A stretch of DNA of 63,948 nt, the filler included, from Chrysochromulina tobinii (lineage: Eukaryota): assembly GCA_001275005.1 (NCBI GenBank). It is 5 parts of 5 records of this genome, joined end to end, with 100 filler letters (N's around TTAATTAATTAA, not from the genome) between each part and the next. Parts side by side here need not be neighbours in the genome. Positions count along the whole stretch, not along the records: positions 30,774 to 44,952 come from JWZX01000478.1; 4 more parts are not named here. One strand, 5' to 3'. The notes under the pieces were generated by a model. The model made no database searches. It was not told the origin of the DNA and saw nothing but the letters and a program-made list of their open reading frames with translations. Every line of letters begins with the position of its first letter. Positions within the stretch are counted from its first letter, which is position 1. Shown in pieces: positions 33,142-45,052 of the stretch. The position numbers and the translations under genes were made by a program.

Positions 33142-34385
33142 ATGCTGAATGGCGGGCGTCAGCAGCCCTGGCGTTGCGCAGATGCATCGGAGGGGACGTC
33201 GGAGCACAGAGGCTTCAAACCTCTGTGCGCCGGTAGGCGGGCCCCGGCGGGGGTCTCCCGGGTCCCGGCGTCCCGCTCCCGCGGTCGCGCGGTGCGCACA
33301 CCCGGGGGGCGAGAGCGGAGAATTCATGGGTGCAATAAACCCAACTTCGGACGGGAACCACACGGCATCTGCACGCCACACGCGCCGCGCGCCGACGCGA
33401 CCGCGGCGCGATTAAAATGATAATTGGCCGCGTTCGATTTGACGCGATCGTCCGGTTTCAAGTCGCGAATCAAATGTACGCGAGTCGCGACGCGACGCGA
33501 TAACTATGCTACGCACGCCAAAACACTCCGCGCACTCCGCTCTCCTCGACGTGAAGGAACCCCCGGAACGAGCGCCGGAAGCGGGAAGGCTCGAGCGTAG
33601 TTCGACCGCGGCACGGGGGCACGGCCGCGGGCGCGGCCGACCGCCGGGCCTCGGGCCTCGTCCCGTCGCGGGTCCGCCGCTCACGTACGCACCGGCACAC
33701 GTGCCGGGTGCTAGCCACACCTCACGAGCTCACCTGCGGAACACATGACGGACGATGACGGTGTGGATCGCGCTCGAGCGCGGAGCGGCGTAACCGCGGC
33801 GCGTGAACGCAGAACGGCCGTCGTGGTGCGGTGTGCAGCACCGCCCAAGATGGCACATGCAGCGACACGACAACACGTCAAATGGCCGATGCCGCGACGC
33901 CCTGCTCGCCACGCGACATTGCACGATCGGTACCCTATCGAGCGAACGATGCACGCGCACACAGAGACACGGAGGGGGAGAGCACACGCCAGGAGCACAT
34001 CACACGCGTCTGGTATCGTCTGTACAGATCATCGAGATCGCAGGTAGTTCGCAAGCTACGTCTCGATCCATTCAGATCGAGTCCGCAAGGATCCGCCCTG
34101 GCTGAGCTTGGCAGCGCCTGTTCCACACTACATGGAGTATGGTGAACACCACCGCGTAGGTGAGAGATGGGATGGTAGACCTCTCTCGATGCCCAACACG
34201 CGCCATGCCGGGCACATCGCGCGGAATTCACTGCGCAACGGCGGCGTGGCAAACGAATGGAATCGCGTCCAGCATGCTCGCAGGCGCAGCGCGTGAGCCT
34301 CTGCTTGCACACGAGCTCAGGATCGGCGCCACGGGCGCCGGCGCCACGAGCTCAGGCGCGGTGGCAAGGCTAGCGGGCGGGCTGT

Positions 34386-36125
34386 TCAGGCGGTGCGCTG
34401 CGACTTGACGGTGATATTCAGCCCTGCGACAGAGCCCGCGCTGGAGACCGTCGACATGGCGCTCGCGGGCCGCTTGATGGGCCAGAGCGCCGTACCGGGC
34501 GGTTGCGCAGGCACGAATCTGAGGTCGGCGATGCTGTCGACGGCATCGGCGCCGCCAATCCCTGTGCCCGCTTTCAGCTTGCGACGCGAGCGGCTCGAAA
34601 GCGGCGCCATCATCGTCATCTCGCCTGTGGGTGCAGGCGAGTGCGCCGATGCCCTCGCTGCCGCCCTTGCGGTCCCATCCGAGGGCTCTGCGGCGGCGCC
34701 GCCCGCGCCTCCACACGAGAGCAGCGTGCCTCCGAAACCGCCAAATGAGCGGAGCGTACCGCTGCCGGTCGTGGGGGCAAACATGTGCATGGGGAGTTGC
34801 GAGGGCATTGCGGACGAGCTGGACGGCGCGTCGCCCAAGACGGCGCCCAGCCCCGACGGAGGCCGTGGCAGGAGAGCGTCGGTCTTAGCGACGGACCCAG
34901 CATGCGGGCTGACGAAATTGACGAAATGCGGGCTGACGGAGCGTGGTACGAACGGGCTCATGGCGCGGGAAAGGATAGCTGGGCTCGGCGACGTTGAGCG
35001 CCGCCCTCCACCCAGCGAGAAACTGCACGCCGAGCTCTGCGGCCGCACTCGGAGCGGCGCAGGAGCGCTTTCGGTCGCGGGGCTCGCGAGAAGGACTGTA
35101 TCAGCATCGGGCGCCGCCGCCTCGGAATCGGCGGCGTCGGTCACCGGCTCGGTCACGGAAGCCATCGCGTCGGACGCGGCGGCGGCGGCCGCGGCGGTGG
35201 CCCGCTTCGCCGCGGCCGCCTCCCGCCGCGGAGGCGGTTTCGACTTTGAGGAGCGTCCTTTGGAGGCAGGAGGGGCGCGCTTCGCGGCGGCGGTCGACAT
35301 ACGGTTGACCATCAGGTTGATGTTGCGGAGCGTATCGAGGCTCGCCGGCGGCGGCTTGATTGCCGAGAATGGCGAGGCCGAGCGCCGGCAGCACTTGCCA
35401 AACGGCGAGGCAAGGGGCTGGGAGGGCGAGGGCGCACGCTCGTGGTCGTCGTCCGCATCCTCGTCCAAGTCCTGATGAGTCTCCTGATGAGCCTCCCCTT
35501 CGTCGACGGCGCTCGGCGTGGGCGCTGGCCTGGGTGCGGTGGGCGAGGGGGTGCTGAAAGAGATGCGACGACCCACCTGTCCAGAGACCACGAGCGGCGG
35601 CGGCGCAGAGAGGAGGTGGCGGAGCAGGTCGGGCCGCCGCTTTGTCGGCGTGGGCACGAGCACCGTCCTCGTCGCCCTCGGAGACTGGAGATCCGCGTCC
35701 TCCGCCTCCGCCTCCGCCTCCGCCTTGCCCTTGCCCACGGGCCGGCGGCTGCGTCCGCCGCCGCTGCGCGCACCGCCGCTGCTTGTAGCGCGCGGCTTGG
35801 CCGCGCCGCGCCGGCGGCGCCCCTTGAGGGCTGAGGCCTCTGCCTCCCGCTTAGTCTCTACGTCCTCCTCCGCCTCCTCGTCCTCGTCGTCCTCCTCCTC
35901 GTCCACGTCCTCGTCCCACAAGTCGAGTTCAGGCTCACCGCTCGGTCTGACTCCGCCCACGCCAGCGATGGGCGAGCACGGCGAACTGGCGTTCAGGCGC
36001 GCCTGCGAGCGCCGCAGCACGTCCTCATACCGGGCCATCTCCGCGAACGCAGCGTTCGAGAGGCCTGTCAGCGGCTGAGCTTCGGCTGCGAGATGGAGAG
36101 GGCACGAGGGGAGCGGTGCCAGCAC
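34386..36125 (-). CDS. Hypothetical low-complexity (Ser/Pro/Ala, acidic tract) protein; probably has an upstream exon within 36141-36620
   Basis: 579-aa ORF with a biased, protein-like composition. The exon structure could not be resolved. Confidence 0.5.
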   Translation of the reverse strand: MLAPLPSCPLHLAAEAQPLTGLSNAAFAEMARYEDVLRRSQARLNASSPCSPIAGVGGVRPSGEPELDLWDEDVDEEEDDEDEEAEEDVETKREAEASALKGRRRRGAAKPRATSSGGARSGGGRSRRPVGKGKAEAEAEAEDADLQSPRATRTVLVPTPTKRRPDLLRHLLSAPPPLVVSGQVGRRISFSTPSPTAPRPAPTPSAVDEGEAHQETHQDLDEDADDDHERAPSPSQPLASPFGKCCRRSASPFSAIKPPPASLDTLRNINLMVNRMSTAAAKRAPPASKGRSSKSKPPPRREAAAAKRATAAAAAAASDAMASVTEPVTDAADSEAAAPDADTVLLASPATESAPAPLRVRPQSSACSFSLGGGRRSTSPSPAILSRAMSPFVPRSVSPHFVNFVSPHAGSVAKTDALLPRPPSGLGAVLGDAPSSSSAMPSQLPMHMFAPTTGSGTLRSFGGFGGTLLSCGGAGGAAAEPSDGTARAAARASAHSPAPTGEMTMMAPLSSRSRRKLKAGTGIGGADAVDSIADLRFVPAQPPGTALWPIKRPASAMSTVSSAGSVAGLNITVKSQRTA

Positions 36126-36843
36126 TGAGAGGGCACATTACTATACCATCATCATCGTTATCATCGCGCTTGAGCGCCGCAACCAAGGCACGTGGACGTG
36201 CGCAACAGATGCCGCGCGCAGCAAGGGGCGTCGGGAGGCGCTCGCGCGCGCACCGAGCGCGGCGAGCGGTGAGAGGCACTGATGCTGCTGCTGCTGCTCC
36301 TCGTCAACGAGGTCCCACCGCACATCCCGCAAATCCTCATCAAGGGCGATCAGGTCGGTCTCCGCGAGCATGGAGATGGTGCCTGAGAGCTGAAGCCACT
36401 CGTCGGTCGGCGCCTCGACGTGCCGTCGGCTCTGTGCGGAGCGCGGGGCCTGCGGAGAGCCCACCCGAGGAGTCATCAGAGTCAGCGGTCTGGTCGTGGC
36501 GTGCTTGCGACGCGCGTGGGTGGAGGAGGCACGTTTGCCAGTGCAGTGGCATGGTGGCGTGCCGCCAGGCTGCCACGGGTCAGGCATTGGCGCGCAGGCT
36601 CGTACCCTGAGCTGCATGATGAACGCCGCGCTATTATTTATCAATTCGCTCGGCGTGGCACCTGGGCGCGAAGCGATGTTTCCGGGGATCCTCAATGTGT
36701 CGACGAAACCGGGACAAGTTCAGATTTTTGTCAAATCTGGCATTTGTGTGCCTCGGCGTTGCATTCTGAGTTTTGGGCTACGACGTCCTTCCATATCCGT
36801 TTCCGTGGAGAATTCCTCAGCGAGCACTCAACCGTCGCCTCAC

Positions 36844-39228
36844 ATGAAGGCCGCCCGCGAGCTCAAGGCGGACTCGGCTCGGTCGGCGGTGGCGCCTCCC
36901 CCTCCGCCGCCAATGGCGCCGCCCCCGCGCAGCGGCAGCGCTGGCAGCAGCAGCGCACCGCCGGCGACGGCCTCGGACGCGACCACGAGCGTCGCCGCCG
37001 CCGCCAAGGCCGTTGCCTTCGTGGGGAGCGTCAAGAAGGAGGTCGGGTCGATGAGGAACGACATGTACGACTTTATGAAACAGCAGCTCGTGCAGCAGGC
37101 GACGGAGATTGGCACGCAGAAGAAGGTGCTGCACGCTCTCCAGCGAGAATACGAGGAGCTCACGCACAGCGCGGCTGCCGAGCGCAAGGAGCTGCTCGGA
37201 CTGCGTGAGCAGCTGACGGTCGCCGAGGCGCTCAAGGTGGTAGCCGAGGACGAGGCGCGCAGTGCGATGGCTCACAAGCAGCGCGAGATCGAAAAGCTCA
37301 AGCGGCACGCGGCGGAGGCGATGCAGGAGGCCAAGCAGCGCGCGGCCGACGAGCTCGAGGTGATGGCCGTGCGCGGCGCGCAGGAGCGCCACGAGCTCGA
37401 GGCGCTCGTGGCGCGCGCCGAGCAGCGGCAAGCGGTGGCGGAGCAAAAGGCGTCTGTGGCCGAGCAACAGCGAGCCGTGGCCGAACAGCGTGTGACCGCC
37501 GCCGCCATCGACTTTCAGGCGCATCGTGCAGACGCCGAGGCGAGGGAGAAGGCCGCGCATGCACGCTCTGCAGACGCCGAGGCGCGCGCGAAGAATGCGG
37601 AGGCGGCGGCGCAGAGTGCGCTGGCGACGCGCGCGAGCGTGGCGAAAGAACTCGAAGCGCTGTCGGCGCAGCTGGAGACGGAACGTGCGGCGACCCAACG
37701 AGCGAGCAGCGTAGCCGATGCGGCGGCCGACAAAATTCGAGCCAACGAGGTTGCACGCAAGGAGATGGCGAGCGCACTCGCTCATGAGACAGCGCGCGCA
37801 AAGGCCGCCGAGGACGTGGCCGCGGCCGCGACGGCGACGGCGCAAGCGATGGGAGCCAAGGCGGCGGCCGAGATCGCCGATCTCCGAGAGCAGCTGGATC
37901 GAGCGACCGGCGCTACCCAGGCCGCGAGGGACGAGGCGACGAGCGCGGCGGTCGCGCAGGCGGCCGCGGCCGAGCAGGCGATGCAGGTGGCGCAGCAAGC
38001 GGCGCAGCAGGCGGTGGACCAGGCACGGCAGGCGGCGCAGCAGGCGGCGCAGCAAGCGGCGCAGCAGGCGGTGGACCAGGCACGGCAGGCGGCGCAGCAA
38101 GCAGCAAAGCAGGCGGCGCAGCAAGCAGCAGAGGAGAGGGAGCTGGCGGTTGCGCAGGCGAGCAGGAGCGCCGAAGAGCGCGCGCGTGAGGTCGCGGCAG
38201 AGCACTGGCTAGGTGTGCTGGGCGCCGAGCGTGCGCAGCGCGAAGCTCTTGCGATGCAGCTAGAGGAGGCGGCGGCGCAGCTAGAGGCGGAGCAGCGGGC
38301 GAGGCGTGACGTGGCGGCGCAGCTTGAGGCGCGGATGGACGCCGAGCGAGAGCAGCGTGAGGCTCTCACGGCCAAGCTGCAAGCGGCGGGGACGCAGCTG
38401 GAGCAGCTCGGGCCTATGCTGGAGTCGGAGCAACGGGCGAGGCGTGCGGCCGAGAGTGCCAGAGACGCTTTGAAGGCCGAGCTGGACGAGCTGCGCCGCC
38501 AGATGAGTTCGCAGGCGGTGCGGCTCGATGGGGCTGCCGCCGAGGCCGCGGCAGAGCGCGCACGGGCTGTCAGCGCCGCCGCCGAGGCGGAAGCGAGTGT
38601 CAAGGCGCAAGGAGAGCTTGCGGCCACGCAGGCGGATCTGGAGCGCAAGCTCGCCAAGGCGCAGCTGGCCGAAGAGCAAGCGGCCAAAGACGTGGCGGCC
38701 AAGGTGAAGGCCCATGCTAAGGCGCTCGTAGAGCTTCAGGGTAAGCTCTCAACAGCCGAAGCGCGTGCTGCCAAGGCGATCGCCATGTCGCAAACGGAGC
38801 TCGCTGCTGCGAAAGAATCGCACGAGTCCTTCAAGGCGGCCGTCAAGGAGCGTGAACAGAAGACCAAGGCGGCGGCCGAAGCGGCCCTTGCCAAGGCAGA
38901 CGCGGCGGCGAAGCAGGCAGCCGACGATGCGGCCAGCACGCAGAACGCGCTGTACTTGTCGAATCGCGCGCTTGATGAGAAACTGAAGTCGACAGATGCG
39001 GAGCTCACCGGCAGCCGAAAGAGGGAGGCCGACCTCGCGGCCGAGGTGAGCGAGTTGCGCAAAAAACTCTCCTCATTCGAGTTCATGGCTGCGTTCACGT
39101 CTGAGAAGAAGCTGAACGCTGCTCAGAATGCTGCGGGTGCTATGGCCAGTAAGGCCTCGAGTAAGCCCGGCTCGTCGTGGTCCACCCAACTCGAGGCTAA
39201 GGAGAACGCGTTCACCCAGAACAAGTGA
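36844..39228 (+). CDS. Ala/Glu/Gln-rich coiled-coil protein
   Basis: Long heptad-rich ORF with (AQQA)n repeats. ATG at 36844 follows an AT-richer promoter-like segment. Confidence 0.75.
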   Translation: MKAARELKADSARSAVAPPPPPPMAPPPRSGSAGSSSAPPATASDATTSVAAAAKAVAFVGSVKKEVGSMRNDMYDFMKQQLVQQATEIGTQKKVLHALQREYEELTHSAAAERKELLGLREQLTVAEALKVVAEDEARSAMAHKQREIEKLKRHAAEAMQEAKQRAADELEVMAVRGAQERHELEALVARAEQRQAVAEQKASVAEQQRAVAEQRVTAAAIDFQAHRADAEAREKAAHARSADAEARAKNAEAAAQSALATRASVAKELEALSAQLETERAATQRASSVADAAADKIRANEVARKEMASALAHETARAKAAEDVAAAATATAQAMGAKAAAEIADLREQLDRATGATQAARDEATSAAVAQAAAAEQAMQVAQQAAQQAVDQARQAAQQAAQQAAQQAVDQARQAAQQAAKQAAQQAAEERELAVAQASRSAEERAREVAAEHWLGVLGAERAQREALAMQLEEAAAQLEAEQRARRDVAAQLEARMDAEREQREALTAKLQAAGTQLEQLGPMLESEQRARRAAESARDALKAELDELRRQMSSQAVRLDGAAAEAAAERARAVSAAAEAEASVKAQGELAATQADLERKLAKAQLAEEQAAKDVAAKVKAHAKALVELQGKLSTAEARAAKAIAMSQTELAAAKESHESFKAAVKEREQKTKAAAEAALAKADAAAKQAADDAASTQNALYLSNRALDEKLKSTDAELTGSRKREADLAAEVSELRKKLSSFEFMAAFTSEKKLNAAQNAAGAMASKASSKPGSSWSTQLEAKENAFTQNK

Positions 39229-39601
39229 GCGCGCTGAGCCGTGCGAGATTCTATGGGATTCAGAAAGCGACAGCATACTGTATGCGGCGCAGAGCGCAGC
39301 CACATCAATACTGTGTCGGATCCTCTCATCGTACATCGACATCGTCCGGTCCCACGAAATCAGACCGGGCGACGCCGACGAAGACTGCAGTAGTCCATTA
39401 TTTGATATTAGACTCTCCGCTCGCCGTGTCCCCGCGGCCTCGCCATACTCCACCCCTCCGCTTCTCTGTCGTGTCGCGGTGTGACCTCGCCTCTGGACCC
39501 GGTCTCGCTCGCGGCTCGCGGTTGCGGATTCAATTAGACCATGGATTAGACTTGGAATTAGACTCGTCTACGTCTTTGGTGTATATCGTTCGGAGTATAT
39601 C

Positions 39602-42277
39602 TTAAAAACTCTGCCTTCCACTTGTCACTACTCGCGCGTCGGACGGCGGAGAGTCTCTACTCGCCATCTGTGATTGCCGCAAGCGCTCAAAGAACAGTTT
39701 GCCACCCGGCCGCCTGCAAATAGATTCGTGCTGTCCAGCCATTCGAGCCTCCTCCGCCTTGCGCCGATCCGCCTCAGCTCGTGAGCGCCTCAGATTCGCC
39801 TCTTTCCTGGCTGCGTCTGCTTCCGCCGTAGCTGCCTCAAGCTCCTGCAACAAACGCATCTCGGCTTTACCCTTCTCAAGCTGCGCGGCGGCCTCGGCTC
39901 GCGCCTCGTCGATCGCCTTCAGCTGGCTTTCGAGCACATTTGCTGCTTTGACCCTCGCGGCCACGTGAGCCGATTCAGCCTTCGTGAGAGCGTTCCGAGC
40001 AGCTTCAGCCTCGTCCTTAGCTCTTTTCGCCTCGGCGTCCATGACAGCAACCGCCTGCTTGCGGGCCTTATCCAAGGTCCCCTCTGCACCCAACTTTAGC
40101 TCGCTTACCATAGCAGAGGCCTTTGAGCGAATGTCCTCTGCCGTGCGTCTGCTTTGCTCTCTCGTGTGCTCCACCTCCTTCACGCTGAACGCAAACGCCT
40201 CCTTGGCGGCCGCTAATTCAACGAGGGCGTCCGCATTGGCCTCAGCCGCTGCGGCGACGGCAGCCTCCTGGGCCGCTTTAGCAGCCGCCACCCTGGCCTC
40301 GCAAGCCTTGACCTCCTGAAAGGCTTCAGCCTCGAACGCCCGGAGCGCGTCGGTGCTCGATCCCTTCCCGCCAGCTGCAAGCGCTGCACGCGCCGCACCG
40401 GCAAGAGCCGTATCATGCTGTGCTCGAGCGTCAGCGATCGTCGTCATGCGCGTCTCTTCAATCATCGCCAGTGTCGCGTCACGCTTCGAGTGTGCGGCGT
40501 CAAGCGCTCGCTTCTTCTCCGACCTCACCTTGGCCAGCTCCGTCTCGCGATTTGTTGACGCCTCCAAAATCGTCAGGTGCGACTTCCTCGTGTTTTCGGT
40601 CAGCAGCGCCTGGTACTTTGCGCCAAGCTCTTCAAGAACTTTCTTCAATCGCGATTGCGTCCCGGCGGCAGCTTTCCCCAAGGTGGTCTGTGCGGTGATC
40701 ACCTTGCGCTCGGCATCCTTGTTGATATTCAACACTTCCTTGTCGTACACGGCCTGTGCAACGGCCCGCGACTCGTGTGCGGCCCGCTTGATCTCCTTGT
40801 TGGTTTCCTTCGCTGTCGCCGCCTTCTTCTCGGCCTCGACTTTTTGCCATCCTTTGCTAGCCTCGAGGACGGCGTTGAGTGCGTCTGTCTCATCCGTCTG
40901 AGCCTTGAGCTCATTGTCGGTGGCTTTCATGATCGCCTGCGACCACTCTTTATACGCCTCGAGGCACCGATTGGCCTGCTCGATCCGTGCGACACTCTGC
41001 GCGTTGGCGGAGACCTCAGTGTCGACTCTATTCACTTTCTCCGCCTCTTTGACGGCATCCGCCTCAAAGGCCACCTGTTCTTCCTTGATTGATCGGATGC
41101 TCTTCTCCGCTTCGAGGGTGGTGTCCGCGATGACTTTCGACGCCGTCGCCCGCGCGGCCAACTCTGCCTCGTTTGCCTCCATCGTCACCGCTGCTTCTTC
41201 CTTGATGTACTCCATTCTAGCAAGTGCGGACGCCATTGTGGCCTCGGCATTGGCCTCCACCTCCATTTTGGCCGCCTTGGCCTCAGCTTCCTGGACGCGC
41301 GAGTCATATTCATTTGCCACGGAGGTGGCGTGCGTGCGCACCGACGAGGCCTGCGCAAGCAGCTCGAAAGCGTGCACCTCGGGATTGAGCTTCGCAACCA
41401 CGCTCTCGGCCGACGAAGCGCGGCCATTCGCCTCGGCGAGGCTCGCCGCCTTCTCCGCGCAGTCCGCTTCCCGCGTTTGTGCAAACTCATGGATGGTAGC
41501 CTCGAGGTCGAGTGTCACCGCCTTCAGCCTCATCTCGGCCACCCTCTTCATCTCCGCATCGTTTTTCGACGGACCCATCATGGCAAGCGTTTCATTCTGC
41601 GCCCGCTCCGCGGCTGCAGCCTTTGCCAAGGCCGCAGAGATGTCGAGTTTCAACTCAGCCTTCGCCGTTAGCACTTCGAGCTCTATCACCCTTTTCGCTG
41701 CCATAGCATTCTCGACCTCCACGATCGTGTCTCGAGATTTGATGGCCGCGTCGACGGCACAATCCAGCTTGAAGACGGCCACCTCCTGCTGTGCAAGCAA
41801 GCGCGCGCGCTTCTGCAGCGCGTGTTTCTCTTCGTCGACCTTGGCGAGAGCAGACTCGAGAGCCTCGGCGTACTTCCGAACCAGCGCCACCCGCTCCTCG
41901 TTCGACGAGACGAACTCCTTAGCACGCATGATCTGCTGCGTCACGTATGTCTCCATGAATGCGCGCATCCCCTTTGCTTCGGCCATTTCCTCCCTGGCGC
42001 GCGTTTCAGCCTCGCGCGCAACAGCCGCCTCTTCTGCGGCTGTTTGTAGCGCGGCGAGATCAGCCTCGAGCATCTCGCGCTTAGCCATCTCAGCTGCAAG
42101 GGCGCTTAGGTGGGGCCCGGCCGCGTGCTTGTTGGCTTGATCGACGGCGCGCTGGATTCGTTTCTCGTACCCAGCCTTGAGGTCTGCAACCTCGATGGCG
42201 TACTTCCGCGTCAACGACACCGTTGTGTCCTCGATGGCCTGCTTGACGGCATCGCTTCGCTCCTTCTCAAACCGCAT
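39602..42277 (-). CDS. Ala/Glu/Lys-rich coiled-coil protein; reading frame stays open upstream to ~42560, true start unresolved
   Basis: 891-aa heptad-rich ORF. The upstream in-frame sequence reads ...TKDTEVKALRKKVEVLQKKLEDYSIQADSLCA. Confidence 0.75.
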   Translation of the reverse strand: MRFEKERSDAVKQAIEDTTVSLTRKYAIEVADLKAGYEKRIQRAVDQANKHAAGPHLSALAAEMAKREMLEADLAALQTAAEEAAVAREAETRAREEMAEAKGMRAFMETYVTQQIMRAKEFVSSNEERVALVRKYAEALESALAKVDEEKHALQKRARLLAQQEVAVFKLDCAVDAAIKSRDTIVEVENAMAAKRVIELEVLTAKAELKLDISAALAKAAAAERAQNETLAMMGPSKNDAEMKRVAEMRLKAVTLDLEATIHEFAQTREADCAEKAASLAEANGRASSAESVVAKLNPEVHAFELLAQASSVRTHATSVANEYDSRVQEAEAKAAKMEVEANAEATMASALARMEYIKEEAAVTMEANEAELAARATASKVIADTTLEAEKSIRSIKEEQVAFEADAVKEAEKVNRVDTEVSANAQSVARIEQANRCLEAYKEWSQAIMKATDNELKAQTDETDALNAVLEASKGWQKVEAEKKAATAKETNKEIKRAAHESRAVAQAVYDKEVLNINKDAERKVITAQTTLGKAAAGTQSRLKKVLEELGAKYQALLTENTRKSHLTILEASTNRETELAKVRSEKKRALDAAHSKRDATLAMIEETRMTTIADARAQHDTALAGAARAALAAGGKGSSTDALRAFEAEAFQEVKACEARVAAAKAAQEAAVAAAAEANADALVELAAAKEAFAFSVKEVEHTREQSRRTAEDIRSKASAMVSELKLGAEGTLDKARKQAVAVMDAEAKRAKDEAEAARNALTKAESAHVAARVKAANVLESQLKAIDEARAEAAAQLEKGKAEMRLLQELEAATAEADAARKEANLRRSRAEADRRKAEEARMAGQHESICRRPGGKLFFERLRQSQMASRDSPPSDARVVTSGRQSF

Positions 42278-43149
42278 CGCACATAAGGAATCAGCCTGGA
42301 TGCTGTAGTCCTCGAGCTTCTTCTGGAGAACTTCGACCTTCTTCCTGAGGGCTTTGACCTCCGTGTCCTTCGTCGGAGGTGATCGAAGGGAACCGCTTGG
42401 CGGTGATTTTGGGGAACCCTTCGCTGGTGAGGACGAGGAACGCCGGGAGGCGGGCGGCGTCCCTGAGGATGGCTGGCTGAATTCCGCGCCTGCCGTCCTG
42501 TTCGGGCTCGGTGTTGAAAGAGACGTCGTTTTCGCAAGAGAGGTCCGTTCTTCCGGTGCCAGTCGTTACCCTTCACAAGACTAGCAACTCGCGCCGCCGA
42601 CACGGCGCGCTGAGCATACTGACATTGAGTAGCTCGCTCTACACACGGTAGGCTCTATGGGATGAGAGATCAGGCGAGGCTACATACAAGATAGCTCTCG
42701 CTCGCCTGCCTCCTCGGTAAAGACCGGTAGCCAGCGGGGGCAACGACCTGTAAGGCGGGGCACGAGGCTCGGCCCAGGTGTCGCCCCACTCTGCTGGGGG
42801 GGATGCCTGATGCGCTTCGAGACGTAGATAGGGATGAGGAGGGAGCGGCTAGCGTCTGCGCTTGGGAGGCGGTTATAATATATCCTTGATTGCCTCTTCG
42901 ATTTGAAATCTGTGGCGCGTGAAGAGGGTCGACATGGATGGGAAGAGCTCGTCTATGAGCCTCTGGAACGCCTCTGTGAGAAGGAGAGAGCGAGATCCGG
43001 GAATCGGATCTTGTCGGCCCCGATGCCATGGCTGCCCATGGAACTGAGAAGCTCGAAGTCGTCTCCGGATGGGAGGTCAACGAGATTCGCCCCTCTCGGC
43101 AACGGATAGCTGCGGCTACGCAGCGATGTGGCGCTTGTCTCCAAGGACA

Positions 43150-43910
43150 GCACCCTCGCGGGAGGACGTATGCGATCCGCATGTGTCGCGCGCGGCAGCT
43201 TCGAGGTGCGTGTGCGGCGCGCGAGTCGAGCTCACGGCGGCGCCTTCGATGAAGCCTTTGTTGAGGAATCGAGCCGCAGGGTGATCGGCGCGCGTCGCTC
43301 GGTATGGCGCGCCACCAGGTCGACGTATGCAATCAGCATGCGTCGCCCGCAGTCGCATTCGAGATGCGTGTGCGGCGCGCGGGTCGAGCTCACGGCGGCG
43401 CCCTCGGCGACGCCCTTGATGAGGGAAACGAACCAGCCGCCAGGTAATCGGCGTGCGTCGTCTAGGACGGCGCGCCACTAGGTCGACGTGTGCGATCAGT
43501 ATGTGTCGCCCACAGCAGTACTCTAGGTGCGTGTGCGGCGCGCGAGTCGAGCTCTCGGCGGCGCCTTCGGTAAAGCCTTTGATGAGGAAAACGAACCGCA
43601 GGGTGTTCGGCGCGCGTCGCTCGGTATGGCGCGCCACCAGGTCGACGTATGCAATCAGCATGCGTCGCCCGCAGTCGCATTCGAGATGCGTGTGCGGCGC
43701 GCGGGTCGAGCTCACGGCGGCGCCCTCAGCGACGCCCTTGATGAGGAAACGAACCAGCCGCCAGGTAATCGGCGCGAGTCGTCTAGGACGGCGCGCCACG
43801 AGGTTGACTTATGCGATCCGCATGTGTCGCCCACAGCAGTACTCTAGGTGCGTGTGCGGCGCGCGAGTGGCGCGAGTGGAGCTCACGGCGGCGCCTTCGG
43901 CGACAGCCTC
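43150..43910. repeat. Higher-order tandem repeat: ~160-bp monomers alternating as an A/B ~321-bp dimer
   Basis: GCGTGTGCGGCGCGCG.GTCGAGCTC.CGGCGGCGCC recurs near 43208, 43366, 43529, 43688 and 43850. Alternate copies are nearly identical. Confidence 0.9.
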
Positions 43911-43959
43911 GGTGGGAATCGCTGGGCGAGAGTTCGGAAGCACATGTCGCTCGAAGCAG

Positions 43960-44925
43960 CGGCCATGATAGAATTAATAGCTCACACCACCCACAGCGGC
44001 GCCTGCGACAGCGCGTTAACGCGCACTGCGCCAATCGGCATCGTTGAAGGACAGAATGACGGGCCGCTCGTTGCGGCGGCGCCCGCGATAGTTCGGTGGT
44101 GCGTGCCGCTCGAAGCGGCGTCAGCGGTAGCGTAGTGATATCTCACCCCGCCCGCGGCGGCGCCTACAATGGTTCAGTAGCTCATGCCGCTCAAAGCGGC
44201 GGCGACGATAGCATGGAAATAGCTCACGCCACCCACGGCGGTGCCTGCGACAGCTCAATAGCGCACTCCGCGCCAATCGGCGTTCATTGAAGGACAAAAG
44301 TGACAAGCCGCTCGCAGGCGCATGGCGGCGGCGCCCGCGATAGTTCGGTATAGCGCAAGCCGCTCGAAGCAGCGCGCGCGATAGCATAGCAGTAACTCAC
44401 GCCGCCCATGGCGGCGCCTGCGATAGATTGGTAGCGTAAGCACGAAAATGACGCTCGAAGCGGCGTCGACGTTTTCGTAGTGATAGCTCACACCGCCCGC
44501 AGCGGTGCCTGCGATGGTTCGGCAGCTCATGCCGCCCAAAGCGGCGCCGACGATAGCCTAGTAATAGCTCACGCTGCCCACGGCGGCGCCCGCGATGGTT
44601 CGATAACGCGCGCCACGCCAGTGCCACGCGGCGGCGGCGCCGCGATGTATCGGTAGCACACACCGCTCAAAAATGAACGTCGAAGATGGCATGGCAGTAG
44701 CTTGCGCCGCCCAACGGAGCCTGCGACAGCGCCGTAAGGCACGCCGATCTAAGCGGCGTGCGCCAGGGCACGATAGGATATTTTCGCGCGAACATAGCAG
44801 CAGCTCACGCCGCCCACGGCGGCGCCTGCGACACGCAGTAGGGCACATAGAATGTTTTCGCGCGAACATAGCAGCAGCTCACGCCGCCCACGGCGGCGCC
44901 TGCGACATGCAGTAGCGCACGCAAT
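43960..44925. repeat. Degenerate short-unit tandem repeat array (core AGCTCACGCCGCCCACGGCGGCGCCTGCGA)
   Basis: The core recurs many times, with a ~243-bp super-unit (43976 vs 44219) and an exact ~50-bp duplication (44781 vs 44854). Confidence 0.8.
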
Positions 44926-44952
44926 AGCGCGCGCAGCAGTGGCGTCAACCGT

Positions 44953-45052
44953 NNNNNNNNNNNNNNNNNNNNNNNNNNNNNNNNNNNNNNNNNNNNTTAA
45001 TTAATTAANNNNNNNNNNNNNNNNNNNNNNNNNNNNNNNNNNNNNNNNNNNN
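44953..45052. other. Artificial contig-join linker
   Basis: N-run with TTAATTAATTAA. Confidence 0.97.
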
